Shown piece by piece: positions 42,346 through 52,800 of a stretch of DNA of 64,000 nucleotides; position 1 is the first letter of the stretch; each line of letters starts with the position of its first letter. The stretch is from Naegleria gruberi (Eukaryota): assembly GCA_000004985.1 (NCBI GenBank), contig GG738864.1. The stretch is one strand, 5' to 3'. A program made the translations under genes and the position numbers. The notes under the pieces are model-generated. The model worked only from the letters and a program-made list of their open reading frames with translations. It did not search any database and was not told the origin of the DNA.

Positions 42346-44247
42346 ATGATGAAGCAAATTAGTGGTAAATCACTGATTGCGCTCCTTCTTGTTTTCATCC
42401 TCACGATGGTAGCTACTACCGCCGTGGTTGAAACAAGGGAACAATCAATCGAGTCAGAGGTGGCTCGTCTTGTCCAATTGAAGGCTAAACTTCGTGAAAA
42501 GTGGAATCCTAATGCCTATTTATCTGAACGTATTTTAAAGATTGCTAAAAAGTTTTCAATTTCAATTCCACGTCGTTGTAAGAGAAGAATTTCTGAGGAA
42601 ACTATTGAAATTATTAGAAGATTGGCTGAATGTCCAAAGAATACTAAACCTTCTGAACCAACTAAACCAACCAAACCAACTGAGCCAAGTAAACCAACTG
42701 AACCATCAAAGCCAACTGAGCCAACTACTCCAACTGAACCAACTAAACCTGGTAAGGAATGTCCAGCTTTGAAGTGTAAGAGAGTTTGTGGAACTCGTGG
42801 ATATAAGAAAAATTCAAGAGGATGTGATACTTGTAAGTGTAACAAGAAGCCAACTAAACCAACCAAGCCAGGAAAGGGTTGTCCACACGTTTCTTGTCCA
42901 AAATCATGTCAATCTGGATCTAGTATTGGTATTGATCAAAAGACTGGATGTTTGGCTTGTACTTGTAAACCAACCAAGCCAACTGAGCCAACCACTCCAA
43001 GTGAACCAACTAAACCAACTACTCCAACTCAACCTGAAACACCAACTACTCCAACTGAGCCAACTCAACCTGAAAAGCCTACTGTTCCAGTAACTCCAAC
43101 TGAACCAACTCAACCTACTGAACCAAGTAAGCCAACTGAGCCAACCACTCCAACTACTCCAACTGAGCCAACTCAACCAACTACTCCAACTGTTCCAACC
43201 AAGCCAACTAGACCAACCAGACCAACCAGACCAAGAAGACCAACTAGACCTAGAAGACCAACTAGACCAAGAAGACCAACTAGACCAACCAAGCCAACAA
43301 GACCTGGTCGTCCAACTAGACCTTCTCGTCCAAGCAGACCATCTAGACCAAGCCGTCCAAGTAGACCATCTAGACCTTCCAGACCAAGCAGACCAACTCG
43401 TCCATCTAGACCTTCTAGACCTTCTAGACCAAGTAGACCATCTAGACCATCCACACCAAGTCGTCCATCTAGACCAAGCAGACCATCCAGACCTAGTCCA
43501 TCAAGACCAGGTAGATCTTCACCAGGTAGAGGTGGTGGTGGTGGAAGAGGAGGTAGAGGTAGAGGAGATCCTCATTTCACTACAATTGTTGGACATCAAG
43601 ATGTATTATTCAACGGAATTGGTGACTTTATTCTTGCTGAGACAGTTGACAAGGAATTCGTTGCCCACGTTCGTATTGCCAAATGGAATGGTGACAAGGG
43701 AGATGCTACTGTCAACGTTGCTGCTGCTGTTAAGGCCGGTTCTGATACTATTGAATTCGATAGCAAGTCAAAGAAGTTTTATTTGAATAAGAAGCGTGCC
43801 ATTTTCGCCATTGGTAGAAAGTATGAATTGGATGGTGGTTACTTGTTGAGAAAGACTGAAAAGTCATTCATTGTCAAGTCTAACGATGGAGCTGAATTCT
43901 TCGGTGAATACTTTGTTTTGCACGATGGTAGAAGTTATATGGATGTTTCAGTTGATGCTCCAAAGGATGTTGAATTCGAAAGAGGATTAATTGTTAACGG
44001 AAAGGACTCTGGTGTTGCTGAAGGATTATTCAGAAACCACAAGCAAAGAAAGGTCTTGCCAAAGGCCAAGCTCAATATTCCAAAATGGGCTTTGGATGCT
44101 TGTGCCAAGAAGGGTGTCACTGGAAGACGTTTGAAGGACTGTGCCTATGACATTACTGTCACTGGTAAGGAATTCGCCAAGGAAATTGCCAAGGATGAAG
44201 CCAAGTTCAATAAGAGAGCCGATAAGGTTGTCAAAAAGAACAAATAA
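42346..44247 (+). CDS. Secreted Pro/Thr-repeat protein with two 6-Cys modules, a basic P-[ST]-R-P repeat tract and a C-terminal GDPH (VWD-like) domain (633 aa)
   Basis: Signal peptide, then an amphipathic helix. PTKPTEPSKPTEP-type linker repeats. Cys modules CPALKCKRVCGTRGYKKNSRGCDTCKC and CPHVSCPKSCQSGSSIGIDQKTGCLACTC. A (PTRPRR)n / (PSRPSR)n tract and a Gly/Arg run. The C-terminal domain begins RGDPHFTTIVGHQDVLFNGIGDFIL..., which resembles the start of von Willebrand D / RGM-type domains that carry an acid-labile Asp-Pro bond. Confidence 0.7.
   Translation: MMKQISGKSLIALLLVFILTMVATTAVVETREQSIESEVARLVQLKAKLREKWNPNAYLSERILKIAKKFSISIPRRCKRRISEETIEIIRRLAECPKNTKPSEPTKPTKPTEPSKPTEPSKPTEPTTPTEPTKPGKECPALKCKRVCGTRGYKKNSRGCDTCKCNKKPTKPTKPGKGCPHVSCPKSCQSGSSIGIDQKTGCLACTCKPTKPTEPTTPSEPTKPTTPTQPETPTTPTEPTQPEKPTVPVTPTEPTQPTEPSKPTEPTTPTTPTEPTQPTTPTVPTKPTRPTRPTRPRRPTRPRRPTRPRRPTRPTKPTRPGRPTRPSRPSRPSRPSRPSRPSRPSRPSRPTRPSRPSRPSRPSRPSRPSTPSRPSRPSRPSRPSPSRPGRSSPGRGGGGGRGGRGRGDPHFTTIVGHQDVLFNGIGDFILAETVDKEFVAHVRIAKWNGDKGDATVNVAAAVKAGSDTIEFDSKSKKFYLNKKRAIFAIGRKYELDGGYLLRKTEKSFIVKSNDGAEFFGEYFVLHDGRSYMDVSVDAPKDVEFERGLIVNGKDSGVAEGLFRNHKQRKVLPKAKLNIPKWALDACAKKGVTGRRLKDCAYDITVTGKEFAKEIAKDEAKFNKRADKVVKKNK
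42640..43500 (+). repeat. Imperfect tandem repeats of 9 and 18 bp encoding PT(K/E)P and P(S/T)RP units within the CDS
   Basis: Runs of ccaactaaacca / ccaactgagcca units, then agaccaactagaccaagaaga and agaccatctagaccaagc units. The matching repetitive ORFs on other frames and strands in the track (42516-43454) are artefacts of this repeat. Confidence 0.8.
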
Positions 44248-44681
44248 ATTATTGTAACAATTATTTCTCAAAGATATCATTCTCTTACAATTCACAAACA
44301 AGATAATCATTTATGACATTGTAGAAGTGGTCCAGCTCACCAATTTACACCAGTTTGAGAATCAATGTGGCCTTCAATACTCACATTTTGAATTGCCTTG
44401 GGAGTGGAACTTCCCTTGGATTCAATTGGATAGTTTATTTTATATCCAAATGATTCATTTCAGAATTTTGTGCATAATTGAGTGCATGACCATTTGTCGA
44501 ATTTGTGAAAATATTAAAACGGATTAAAGTAAATTATGATTAATTCCTCTATTTGTAAGATACCGAATAACAACAATCCTCTTTAGTAAATTATTCAATT
44601 CCGTAAAAACAGAAATTCCTTTTATACTGCAAACGAATGAAATGACACAGTCACAATTCAAAAAACAAACAAATATCAATA

Positions 44682-44927
44682 ATGCAACCTCAACAAAGCA
44701 CCACTGGCAGTACTATGCAAAATATTAAGGAGAAGGTCAAACATCCATTCACTCATGACACTGACACCAACGTTACCTATCCAACCAGAGAACAAAAGAA
44801 ATTAGCAGAATCTGGCACAACAGTTCCTCAATCTACCACCACTATTGGAAGTGGTGGAATGTTAAATCAACCAACAACCACTCAATCCAATATTGGTAGA
44901 GAAGAATACTTGGAAAAGAAATTGTAA
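44682..44927 (+). CDS. Small hydrophilic protein (81 aa), hydrophilin-like
   Basis: True ATG at 44682. T/Q/S-rich with no hydrophobic core. No family assigned. Confidence 0.3.
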   Translation: MQPQQSTTGSTMQNIKEKVKHPFTHDTDTNVTYPTREQKKLAESGTTVPQSTTTIGSGGMLNQPTTTQSNIGREEYLEKKL

Positions 44928-45144
44928 ATAAATTAAATGCATATACCTCTAGTTCTTATGTTATTAAGTAATAAGCCAATCCAATAGGTGGCAAGGTGAC
45001 ATTTCATTTCTTAGTAACCAATTGCAAAGTTGAAGATTGCATTGTAAAAAGTTGAAGTTCCTTTGATGTCGATTAATGTTCCAAGACCTATTAAGGCAAC
45101 AACAGGTGTTCCTAAAAATTACCTTAAACAAACAGTAAAACAAA

Positions 45145-46326
45145 ATGCTCAAAATCTACACTCACCCTACTGGGTACAAGCAATTACCAGAGGGTGAACC
45201 CCTTGTATCTCTCGATCCGACAACCTTCAAAACCTTCACAATTCCTCATCCAGATTTTGAGAGGATCAAGAAAGTGCTTATTAATCGTGACTCTTGTCTT
45301 AAAATTCTATCTGAGAGTGGTATTGTTTATATTCATGATGAAAACAGATTTAAGTGTTCCTATCTTCTCGACACAAAATCTAGTAATGAAAATTTAATAA
45401 TTGATGATATTTCAACATTTTCCGAAGGATCAACACTTTATTTGGCTCGTGATTCTGAGAGTAATCACACTTTTCTCTATGGAAGTGGCACAACCACCTA
45501 TGATTGTTTTGGAGATAGGAAATTAAGAAATTTACAAGATAGAAATGGTACTGAAAAGTTTACGTTACTCTATACTCCTCAAGTTGATGAAAATGGCCAT
45601 CGGCCACAGATTACACACATTGCATCGTGCCATTCCTTTAAAATAATGGTATTGGATCATCGTGAAATTAGAATTTCAGGCCAGAATTGGGTGAATTCTT
45701 CAAAGGAAATGAATTGGAATGAGAGCCAATTTGTATGTGAAAAGAAAATTAAGAACATTACTTGTGGAAGTTTCCAATTTATGGTAATATTTGAAGATGA
45801 TTCTGTCATGTTTTGTGGAGACAACCAAACTAATCAAATGCCACACCATACACATGGAAGGTTGCATTTTACTGTGGATGATGATTTGAAAATTATGGAA
45901 TCATTTGGTGGTTATGATAGTTCTGTTGTAAGATTTGCACACACCCCTAAAACTCCTGAAAGTTACAAGATCTATGGAGAAACTCTGATTAGATTTGAAA
46001 ATTTGAAAGAGTTTTTGAAAAATTATCCTATTTTCACTGTTTCGAATGAGAATGATTTTACACAAATCAGATATCTTAAGAAATTCTTTGTAATTGAGTT
46101 CCAAAAGGGATTGTTTTATTTTATGAGTAATGATCATACTGTAGGATTCACAGTGGATATGTCAACAGAGTTTCACAACATGTATAGTAATCATTATGAA
46201 GTTGTTGCTTTGTCAAATACCATTGTATTTTACAAAACTAATTCGAAAGAGTGTGCAATTTATCCAGAATTACATTGTTGCATGAGAAATAAGTTATTGA
46301 CTGATTGTGATTTTGACTTTATTTAA
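45145..46326 (+). CDS. Hypothetical protein (393 aa)
   Basis: True ATG at 45145. A clean ORF in coding-like codon usage. Weak RCC1-like blade fragments only. Confidence 0.5.
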   Translation: MLKIYTHPTGYKQLPEGEPLVSLDPTTFKTFTIPHPDFERIKKVLINRDSCLKILSESGIVYIHDENRFKCSYLLDTKSSNENLIIDDISTFSEGSTLYLARDSESNHTFLYGSGTTTYDCFGDRKLRNLQDRNGTEKFTLLYTPQVDENGHRPQITHIASCHSFKIMVLDHREIRISGQNWVNSSKEMNWNESQFVCEKKIKNITCGSFQFMVIFEDDSVMFCGDNQTNQMPHHTHGRLHFTVDDDLKIMESFGGYDSSVVRFAHTPKTPESYKIYGETLIRFENLKEFLKNYPIFTVSNENDFTQIRYLKKFFVIEFQKGLFYFMSNDHTVGFTVDMSTEFHNMYSNHYEVVALSNTIVFYKTNSKECAIYPELHCCMRNKLLTDCDFDFI

Positions 46327-46779
46327 GAGTCTACCAAGTAATTGAAATTAGAGAATGATCGCAATACTGTTCAACTGAAACATTTAACATTAAATAAACT
46401 GTTTTTCAGAGGTGCCAGTTGTAACTTAGACGTTTTTTCTTTTGGATCAATTGTAAACTTGTTGTGGGGTTTAACATTTTGCAATCATGTTTTAAAACAT
46501 CCAAGCAAAAAAGACTACAGCACCACAGGTTCCCAAGTTGTCTCCAACCTCAGTACTGATGTGGCTCGACGATGCTTAACTTCTCAAATCGGACGGGATG
46601 AGGTGCATTCATCGTGATATGGCCGTAGCCATTCATTATCTTTAAATCTGAAACAAAAAGTACAATCAGCCCAACTTTCACATTATAATTCCAAAATATA
46701 ACAACAAAATACTGTAGTAAACAAACACTGAGTGAATATCAATATCATCATCAAAATAAAATACAAATATTTACAAATT

Positions 46780-47223
46780 TTAATTTTGTAAACACATCTT
46801 GATAAAACTTTCATAGTGGATCATACCCTTTCCTTGTGGATCAGCCTCCTTCAACAAATCATCCACCTCAATATCAGACAATCTTTCACCCAATGTAGTC
46901 ATAATATGTTTCAATTCATCCACTGGAATGAAACCATCCTGATCACGATCAAATAAACGGAAACTTTCCATATATTCCTCAACATTTCCTGATTCCGATG
47001 ATTTACCATATCTATTACGCATTTCATTGCAGAAACTATTCACATTGATATTGCCAGATTGTGAAGGATCAATGATGGAGGTGATTTCTTGGAGTTCACG
47101 GTCTGATGGAGCAAAACCAAGAGCACGGATGACAGAGTTGAGTTTGTCGTGTGGAATGGTACCAGAACCACCATCATAGAGGGAGAAGGCTTCACGAAAT
47201 TCGGTTTCTGTCAAGTCAGACAT
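46780..47223 (-). CDS. EF-hand calcium-binding protein, calmodulin / myosin-light-chain-like (147 aa)
   Basis: True ATG at 47223. The size and layout are those of a four-EF-hand light chain. One canonical loop is present (DRDQDGFIPVDE); the others are degenerate, as in essential light chains. Confidence 0.7.
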   Translation of the reverse strand: MSDLTETEFREAFSLYDGGSGTIPHDKLNSVIRALGFAPSDRELQEITSIIDPSQSGNINVNSFCNEMRNRYGKSSESGNVEEYMESFRLFDRDQDGFIPVDELKHIMTTLGERLSDIEVDDLLKEADPQGKGMIHYESFIKMCLQN

Positions 47224-47620
47224 GTTTGATAGTGACGTGTGTTAAATATTTTTTTTTGTTATTTTTTTCTTTGATGGGTGTCAAGTTTGATGATTGATGA
47301 AGACTTGTTATCGATCCTTAACAAATCACTTTCTTTTTTGTTTCTTTCAATAATAAGGTTTTTAATGTTTCTCTTAATCTTCAGAGCTCTTAATAGAATT
47401 ATAAGATCATCCTGGTTCAATTCGAATATGAATATTAAATCATGTAAAATTGACATCAAATTCACTAATAGAACCAATCAATACACCCTCTGCTATCCAC
47501 ATTATAATACTTTAATCTCAATTATTCTAATTTCCTTCCCAAATCACCAAAACCAACCTCTTTTCACATTTCTTAATTTTCTTGGATTCTCAAAATTTTT
47601 CTGAACCATCCGAAAAAAAA

Positions 47621-48667
47621 ATGTCATCATCAAGTGAATCGTCATCCAATATTCCACCAACCAATCAGCAAAAGATTGAAATTATTAGGAAGTCCATTGA
47701 ATTGTTTCAACATGATAAAATTCTTGATGCCTACGATTTGTTGAAGAAACAATATTCCATCACTGAAAATTCCATTTCTTCTCTACTTGAGAGCAGGGAA
47801 TCATCTTCCGATATTGATGAACAGGAAGAACAGAATGAAACTCTTAGCAAGGAGGAAGCAGAATTGGTCAAGCTAATATACAAGGATGGAGCTCTGGCGA
47901 AAATGTTACTTTCTGAATTTTCCAGTAGTGCTGGATGGAATACTTGTGTTGATAAGGATGATTGTAAAACATTCTACAAGCAAACGTGTAAAATTGATGG
48001 AGGAAAGGGAGGATCGGAGGCAGAGCCATCATTGCATGCCATTAAAATTGAGGGAATTATAGAGACACCTGTTTTTAACTTGATGTCTATATTGTATGAG
48101 GTTGATTTGTATAAGAATTGGGTTCCTCAATTGGGTGAATGTGGAGTAATCAAATATTTGGGTGGAAATGGAACATCGAGATTTAGATTTCTTTCGTATT
48201 TTAGTTTTAATTTGCCATGGCCAATGTCTTCAAGGGATTCATTGACCTATGCTTTTGTGGTGGATCGTTCTGATTATGAACAGGATCCCTCGATATTGGT
48301 TGTAATTAGAGGAGCTGATACGCACAAGGATTCTTCACTTGCTGATCTTATTTCAAAACATGATAATCAAACACATGTGAGAGTGGGAATTGAGTATGCA
48401 GGATTTTTAATTAAAATGTTATCAGAAGATACCTGCCATGTTTCACTCATTGCTAATGTAGATCCAAAACTGAGCTATATTCCAATTTGGTTTCAAAATT
48501 GGTTGACCAATAATTTGAGCTATTTAATGATTTCAAAATTGAGACAAGCTGCTGAAAAAGTTCCAAACTCTGAATACAGTGTCAGAATTAAGAATAACGA
48601 TCAGGTTTATGGTGAAATTACGAGAAGACTTTCAAAATTCCTAGTCACCCACAATTTAAAAAAGTAA
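47621..48667 (+). CDS. START-domain (StAR-related lipid-transfer) protein
   Basis: The track start at 47582 is TTG. The first ATG is at 47621. A central segment with ...NLPWPMSSRDSLTYAFVVD... is characteristic of START/Bet v1-fold lipid-binding domains. Confidence 0.55.
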   Translation: MSSSSESSSNIPPTNQQKIEIIRKSIELFQHDKILDAYDLLKKQYSITENSISSLLESRESSSDIDEQEEQNETLSKEEAELVKLIYKDGALAKMLLSEFSSSAGWNTCVDKDDCKTFYKQTCKIDGGKGGSEAEPSLHAIKIEGIIETPVFNLMSILYEVDLYKNWVPQLGECGVIKYLGGNGTSRFRFLSYFSFNLPWPMSSRDSLTYAFVVDRSDYEQDPSILVVIRGADTHKDSSLADLISKHDNQTHVRVGIEYAGFLIKMLSEDTCHVSLIANVDPKLSYIPIWFQNWLTNNLSYLMISKLRQAAEKVPNSEYSVRIKNNDQVYGEITRRLSKFLVTHNLKK

Positions 48668-48730
48668 TCCAAATTTGTAATTCTCTCTATTAATATATGT
48701 AAAATAGTAAATTTAATGTACAATAATAAA

Positions 48731-49444
48731 TTATAGTGTCAATCCACATTCCACAAGCAATTCATTATACAAATCAGTTTCGCCTACAGCATCCTGAGCA
48801 GCTTGACCAGGATCTGATCTAGCTGGAGCAATATAACCATTCCTTTCGAATATCAATCTGAAAAATCCCAACAAGATTTCAAAATCGAATCGATAATTCA
48901 ATGATCGATGAACAACAGTGTAATGTTGAATGACATCCAAGAGAACTTGTTTGAGTTTGGTTCGTTCTGAATCAAAAAGTTCGAGTCCATGTTCGAAAAC
49001 AAATTGCATGAGTTCATCATCGCTTTCGAATGAATCGACATTTTGTTCAAATTTCAATTTCTCCACAATATCACTCCCTCTTTCACATTCCACATCGGCT
49101 CTGTACATGAATTGTAAAAATTGTTTCATTCTCTCCAAATTCACTCTCAGCTCTATTACTTGATTTTCATCAAGATTTTCATCAGCAGAATCTAATTTTT
49201 CCCTCATGACTGAATATAATGATTTCGAATGGCAACAAAAGAGAAAGTGCAATTTTTTCGGATTCTCTGAAAAGCTTTCAAAGTACTTGTCGAGAACGAA
49301 AAATGTTTTGAAAAATCCGTGTGCTGCTAAAAGTGGCACACAAACTGGATTTTTGTGTTGTTCAATTTCATACTGTGATAGTTGGATGTATTGATCAAAG
49401 GTTGGTTTAGGTGGTGGAGTGTAGACTTGATCTTGTGATTCCAT
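48731..49444 (-). CDS. Hypothetical protein (237 aa)
   Basis: True ATG at 49444. Helical, no family recognised. It is convergent with the START gene (64 bp between stops) and divergent from the giant ORF (about 390 bp). Confidence 0.45.
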   Translation of the reverse strand: MESQDQVYTPPPKPTFDQYIQLSQYEIEQHKNPVCVPLLAAHGFFKTFFVLDKYFESFSENPKKLHFLFCCHSKSLYSVMREKLDSADENLDENQVIELRVNLERMKQFLQFMYRADVECERGSDIVEKLKFEQNVDSFESDDELMQFVFEHGLELFDSERTKLKQVLLDVIQHYTVVHRSLNYRFDFEILLGFFRLIFERNGYIAPARSDPGQAAQDAVGETDLYNELLVECGLTL

Positions 49445-49835
49445 TTTTTTTGTGAATTTTGTTAAAATGTGAAATTGAACTAAATTGATTTTAATTCGAA
49501 TATTGTGTTGTAAAGAGTGAATTCACTCCGATCCATCCATCTAACACACCAAGCTGTAACACTTCAAATCTTTTTGTTTCATACGATTGTCCAGCATCAC
49601 GTTCCTTTCTATTTTTATGCTTCAATCTGATGTAGATTTAGAATTCCTTTCTCACGAAAACAAAGAACAAAAAAAAGCTTTTTTCTTGTGTGTTGTTAAT
49701 TGGATAGAAACAAGAACGTGATTGGCAAATCATTCTTTGGAACAAAACACGTTTTTGGTTTTTTCTGAAGAGTTTGTGTACGTGATCGGAATTAATATCA
49801 TCAATACTAGCAAGTTGTTGAAGAGACAATAATAG

Positions 49836-52800
49836 ATGCTCTCCGATCAAGATTATCAGAAACATAAGAGGAGGAAGGAAGAAGAGGAAAAGAAGAGAAA
49901 GGAAAGAGAGGATGAATCTTCTTTGCCTTCATCATCATCTAATTCCACTCCTCAACAATATGAACATCAAACTCTGAATAATAATATTGTGATAATAGAT
50001 GGTGATGACACTGATAGTAATGATGCTGTTATTATCACCTCTCCAACAATTCAAGAACAACAAACAGCTAAATTTGGTTTTCTAGTCAATAGTCAAGAAG
50101 ACAACAATAATTCATCATCATCACCACATGTTACAGGTAGTAGCAATAAGAAACGAAAGACTACCAGTCACTCTCCTTTAACAACAAATATTTCTCCTAT
50201 TAAACAAGAAGAAGACATGTCTTCTACTGTTCCACCCAATCAACAAGAACAAACAGCCAACAATAACATGGTGATGATGGATAACAACAATAGCAATGAA
50301 AAGCCTTCTACACCCAAACAAGGCACAACAACAACAAATTCCGATGAAGATGATGTTATAATGATTGAGAGTAATGAAGCAACACTTTCACCTTCCTTGT
50401 TACACAAGATGCAAGGTTCTCTAAAGATTGAAGAATCACAACAACAGGAACAAACTAACACTAGTGCAAGTACTACTACCATTCCATCATCATCGGAATT
50501 ATCAGATAATAATGATACATCATCAAAACCTTCGGAAGAGAATGATCAACAACAACAACAAGAAGGCACCAACAATAATAATACGGTTCTTCTCAATTCT
50601 GTCAAGACAATAACTGAAAACACTGGTGTGAGAATAGTGGTGCATGCCTTCATTCCTCCACAGTACACTGATGATCTACAACCAGCCTTGAGGTACAGTT
50701 ATAAGGAAATTACAGGTTCGGGGAAAAACAAGAAGGAAGAAGTTAAAAAGGTAGACATTCCACTGGGTCACACTCCTGTTGAGGGTCTGGATATTTGGTT
50801 TTGTGTTGTGAAATTGCCACTTCAAGTTGATTTCGTGAGCTTTAAGATTATTGTTAGAGATGAGAGTAAGGCAATTCATACTGATAAAGAGGTTAGATCG
50901 ATAACACTTCCAAAATATACCACTCCAGCTGTTCATCACATCTATATTAACTTTAATCCAAAATCAGAAAAGAGACAGGGAATTTTGGACATGTTCAAAA
51001 CCAAACTTTCAATGACTGAAACCTTTTTAACAGAGTTATTTACTCCTTCCAAGATTGATACTGGTGATTTATTGCCATCTGATACTGAGAATAATGTTTT
51101 TGAGAATTTAATTAGAATTAACAGAAAACGAATTCAAATATTTCATTCAAGATTGGATGGGTTTATGCAAAGTATGGCTCATCTCAGTGATTTGAATTTT
51201 TACACTAAAATACACATCAAACAAAATTATACCAGCACCAACAGACACAATTTAAAGTCACCATATGTGTATGAGGATACCAAAAAGTTTCTCCTTTCTT
51301 TACCAGAAAAGATCATTCAGGATAAGACTGATTTCGAATTGAAATTGATAATGACCCTTGTATTCTTTGAAAAGATTTATTCCATCTCTGGTCACAATGA
51401 TAAGAAGAACTTTGATGAAATGATTGATCTTTTGAAAGAATTGGATGTGTATACACTCAATACTATATTTCATCACATTTTGAAAAAGGAAGCAGAAAAA
51501 TCTACACCAATCAACTTGATTAGAGATTCATTCAGAAATTCCATTCAAGCTCTGATAAATGTCTTTTCGGCCACCACAAATGACAAGAGAAAGTTTAGCT
51601 ATTGGATTATGGCTGCTCCATTCATTAGTCTTGAATTGAAGTTTCACGGTAGCACCAGTCCACTGGATATGCTGATAATGCAATCTGATAAGAAGAGGTT
51701 CGATACAGAATTTGCCACCTTGACTTCAATAGTTGAAGAGAAAAGAGCACTCATTTCGAATAGATCTCATGTCGTGTCTGGTACAGATATTGGTATTATA
51801 TTCTCAACAATTTTTAAAATGGCCTCCTCTCTTAATGATATCAATTGTATTCTAACATTAACATCAGATATGCAATCGAATGAAGGAAGGTTCAGATCTT
51901 TCACCACTCAACTATGTGAATTCATTTCTAATATGGATTCTTGGGAAGATAGTGATTTTGATTCCTTTACATATTTATTGGAAAATCATTCATACGTTCT
52001 TTCTAGCACATCTATGTTGGCAAGTTATTTCAAGAATAAGGCTCTCAGTGAAGTTAGCCACTACCACTCTGAGAATATTTTGAAGCATTTACTCATGTTC
52101 CTTGAAAATGAAGAATTCGTTGCTAATAACAAAGAAAAGGATCTCATTTCCCTGTCAAAACTCATAGCCAACTTCTTTTCTACATTGTTTGGAAAGAAAA
52201 AGTCAAGTTACAACCTCTTTAAAAAGAGTGTCTATTCAATGAAAGATATAGTTGCCTTTTATTCTAAACTTGCAGAATCCTTATCAAAAACTTGTATGAA
52301 TGACTATCAACTTATTATCATTGAATCCATTTCCAATAACTCTTCCTTCACTTCCAGCGGTTCAGACCCGTATTCAAGGATTACATCTCTTATAGAAATT
52401 TGTGAAGAGTTTGAATTGGATGAAAGGGCAACACTTGGTAATATTCTTGCTCAATTGACTTTGGATACAGTCAAATCATTGGGAGTTAGCAACAAGGTAA
52501 TCAACAAACTCTTGGATACTGTCTCAAGGTTCTATGCAGACAGTATTGATATTACAATTGATGTTGTTTCCAAGAAAGTTTTAATGTACATAATAGAAAC
52601 ATTGAGTGAGGGATCATCAATGACCATCGAGATATTGTTCAAACATCACTTGTTGTGGAGTCGTTTATTTCAACTCAATGATATTTTCACAGACAAGAAA
52701 TTGATTGAAGGAGTACAGCTAGTGGACAAATTCTCCCAACAAATCAATAACCATACCATCGCCCTAAATGATCTGAGAATTATTTTAAGAGATGACAATC

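Noticed and set aside
42516-43454. Multiple long ORFs on other frames and strands (42516-42866, 42542-42772, 42788-43093, 42904-43176, 43173-43454) encoding repetitive Leu/Gly/Val or Ser/Trp peptides
   Set aside because: They are frame-shifted or antisense readings of the 9/18-bp tandem repeats inside the PT-repeat gene. Repeats keep every frame open.
46342-46617. 91-aa ORF in the 46326-46780 intergenic region, and the many 60-120 aa ORFs antisense to large genes (for example 9240-9905, 16326-16808, 22134-22424, 34958-35248, 40007-40378)
   Set aside because: No start context or splice support, atypical composition, and embedded in or antisense to well-supported genes. Expected by chance in AT-rich sequence.
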